This document shows positions 63,573-64,000 of a stretch of 64,000 nucleotides of DNA, piece after piece. Positions within the stretch are counted from its first letter, which is position 1, and each line of letters starts with the position of its first letter. A program made the position numbers and the translations under genes. The notes under the pieces are model-generated. The model was not told the DNA's origin, did no database searches, and was given only the letters and a program-made list of their open reading frames with translations. The DNA comes from the human T2T-CHM13v2.0 reference genome, Homo sapiens, in NCBI RefSeq assembly GCF_009914755.1, contig NC_060936.1; one strand, written 5' to 3'.

Positions 63573-64000
63573 GGAGCAAGACACTGGAGAGAGACAGAGA
63601 GAGAGGGAGAGATGCAGAGACAAGATGGAGTGCAGCTAAGAGAAACTAACTCCCACCATGTGTAATTTCTGGTTCCATCCCTGCGGACCCTCAGCAGCCT
63701 TCCTGCCTTGGGTTCTGTGAGATGTCTTAATAGTGATTCGAGAGAATTTCCCATTTTTGGTGAAGTTAGTTCAAGTACATTTTTGTTAGTTGCCCACAAA
63801 AGTCATGAGTAAAAGAATTCTTGTCCAACTCCCTCTTGGCTGTGGATGAGAGAAGACTAAACTCCATGTGGCCTGTATCTGCTCCATCCAAGCCTCCCTC
63901 CTTCCAGGCTAACCCTGCAAATGCTAAGATTTTCTATACTAAACCCAGCAAATAATGGAAATAGAATCAAAACCGGAAAGTGCTAAAAATATGAGACCAT

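Overview
Primate (most likely human) non-coding genomic DNA, intergenic or intronic. I found no protein-coding exon, structural RNA gene or CpG island, and I cannot name the locus. Much of the window is interspersed repeat: about 30 Alus (J, S, Y), 5'-truncated L1PA/L1PB/L1M copies, L2, MIR, MaLR/ERVL solo LTRs and hAT DNA-transposon fossils. The long ORFs in the track derive from L1 ORF2, transposase, Alu or microsatellite sequence. The most unusual structure is a ~1.5 kb near-perfect palindrome (14212-15703, 28-bp spacer, arms ~95% identical by manual count). It appears to be an inverted duplication of an L2+AluJ segment and carries five copies of a 28-bp motif, mirrored (TA/CA)n tracts and a nearby quasi-palindrome correction, consistent with repeated template switching. 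Other rearrangements are a ~165-bp inversion in an MLT1A element and two old L1MA copies with 5'-inversion geometry. The unique sequence carries many AP-1 sites plus ETS, NF-kB and ARE-like motifs, suggesting an enhancer cluster. I do not see evidence for a new gene-encoded biological system. Repeat subfamily names are from recall of consensus sequences, and boundaries are approximate.
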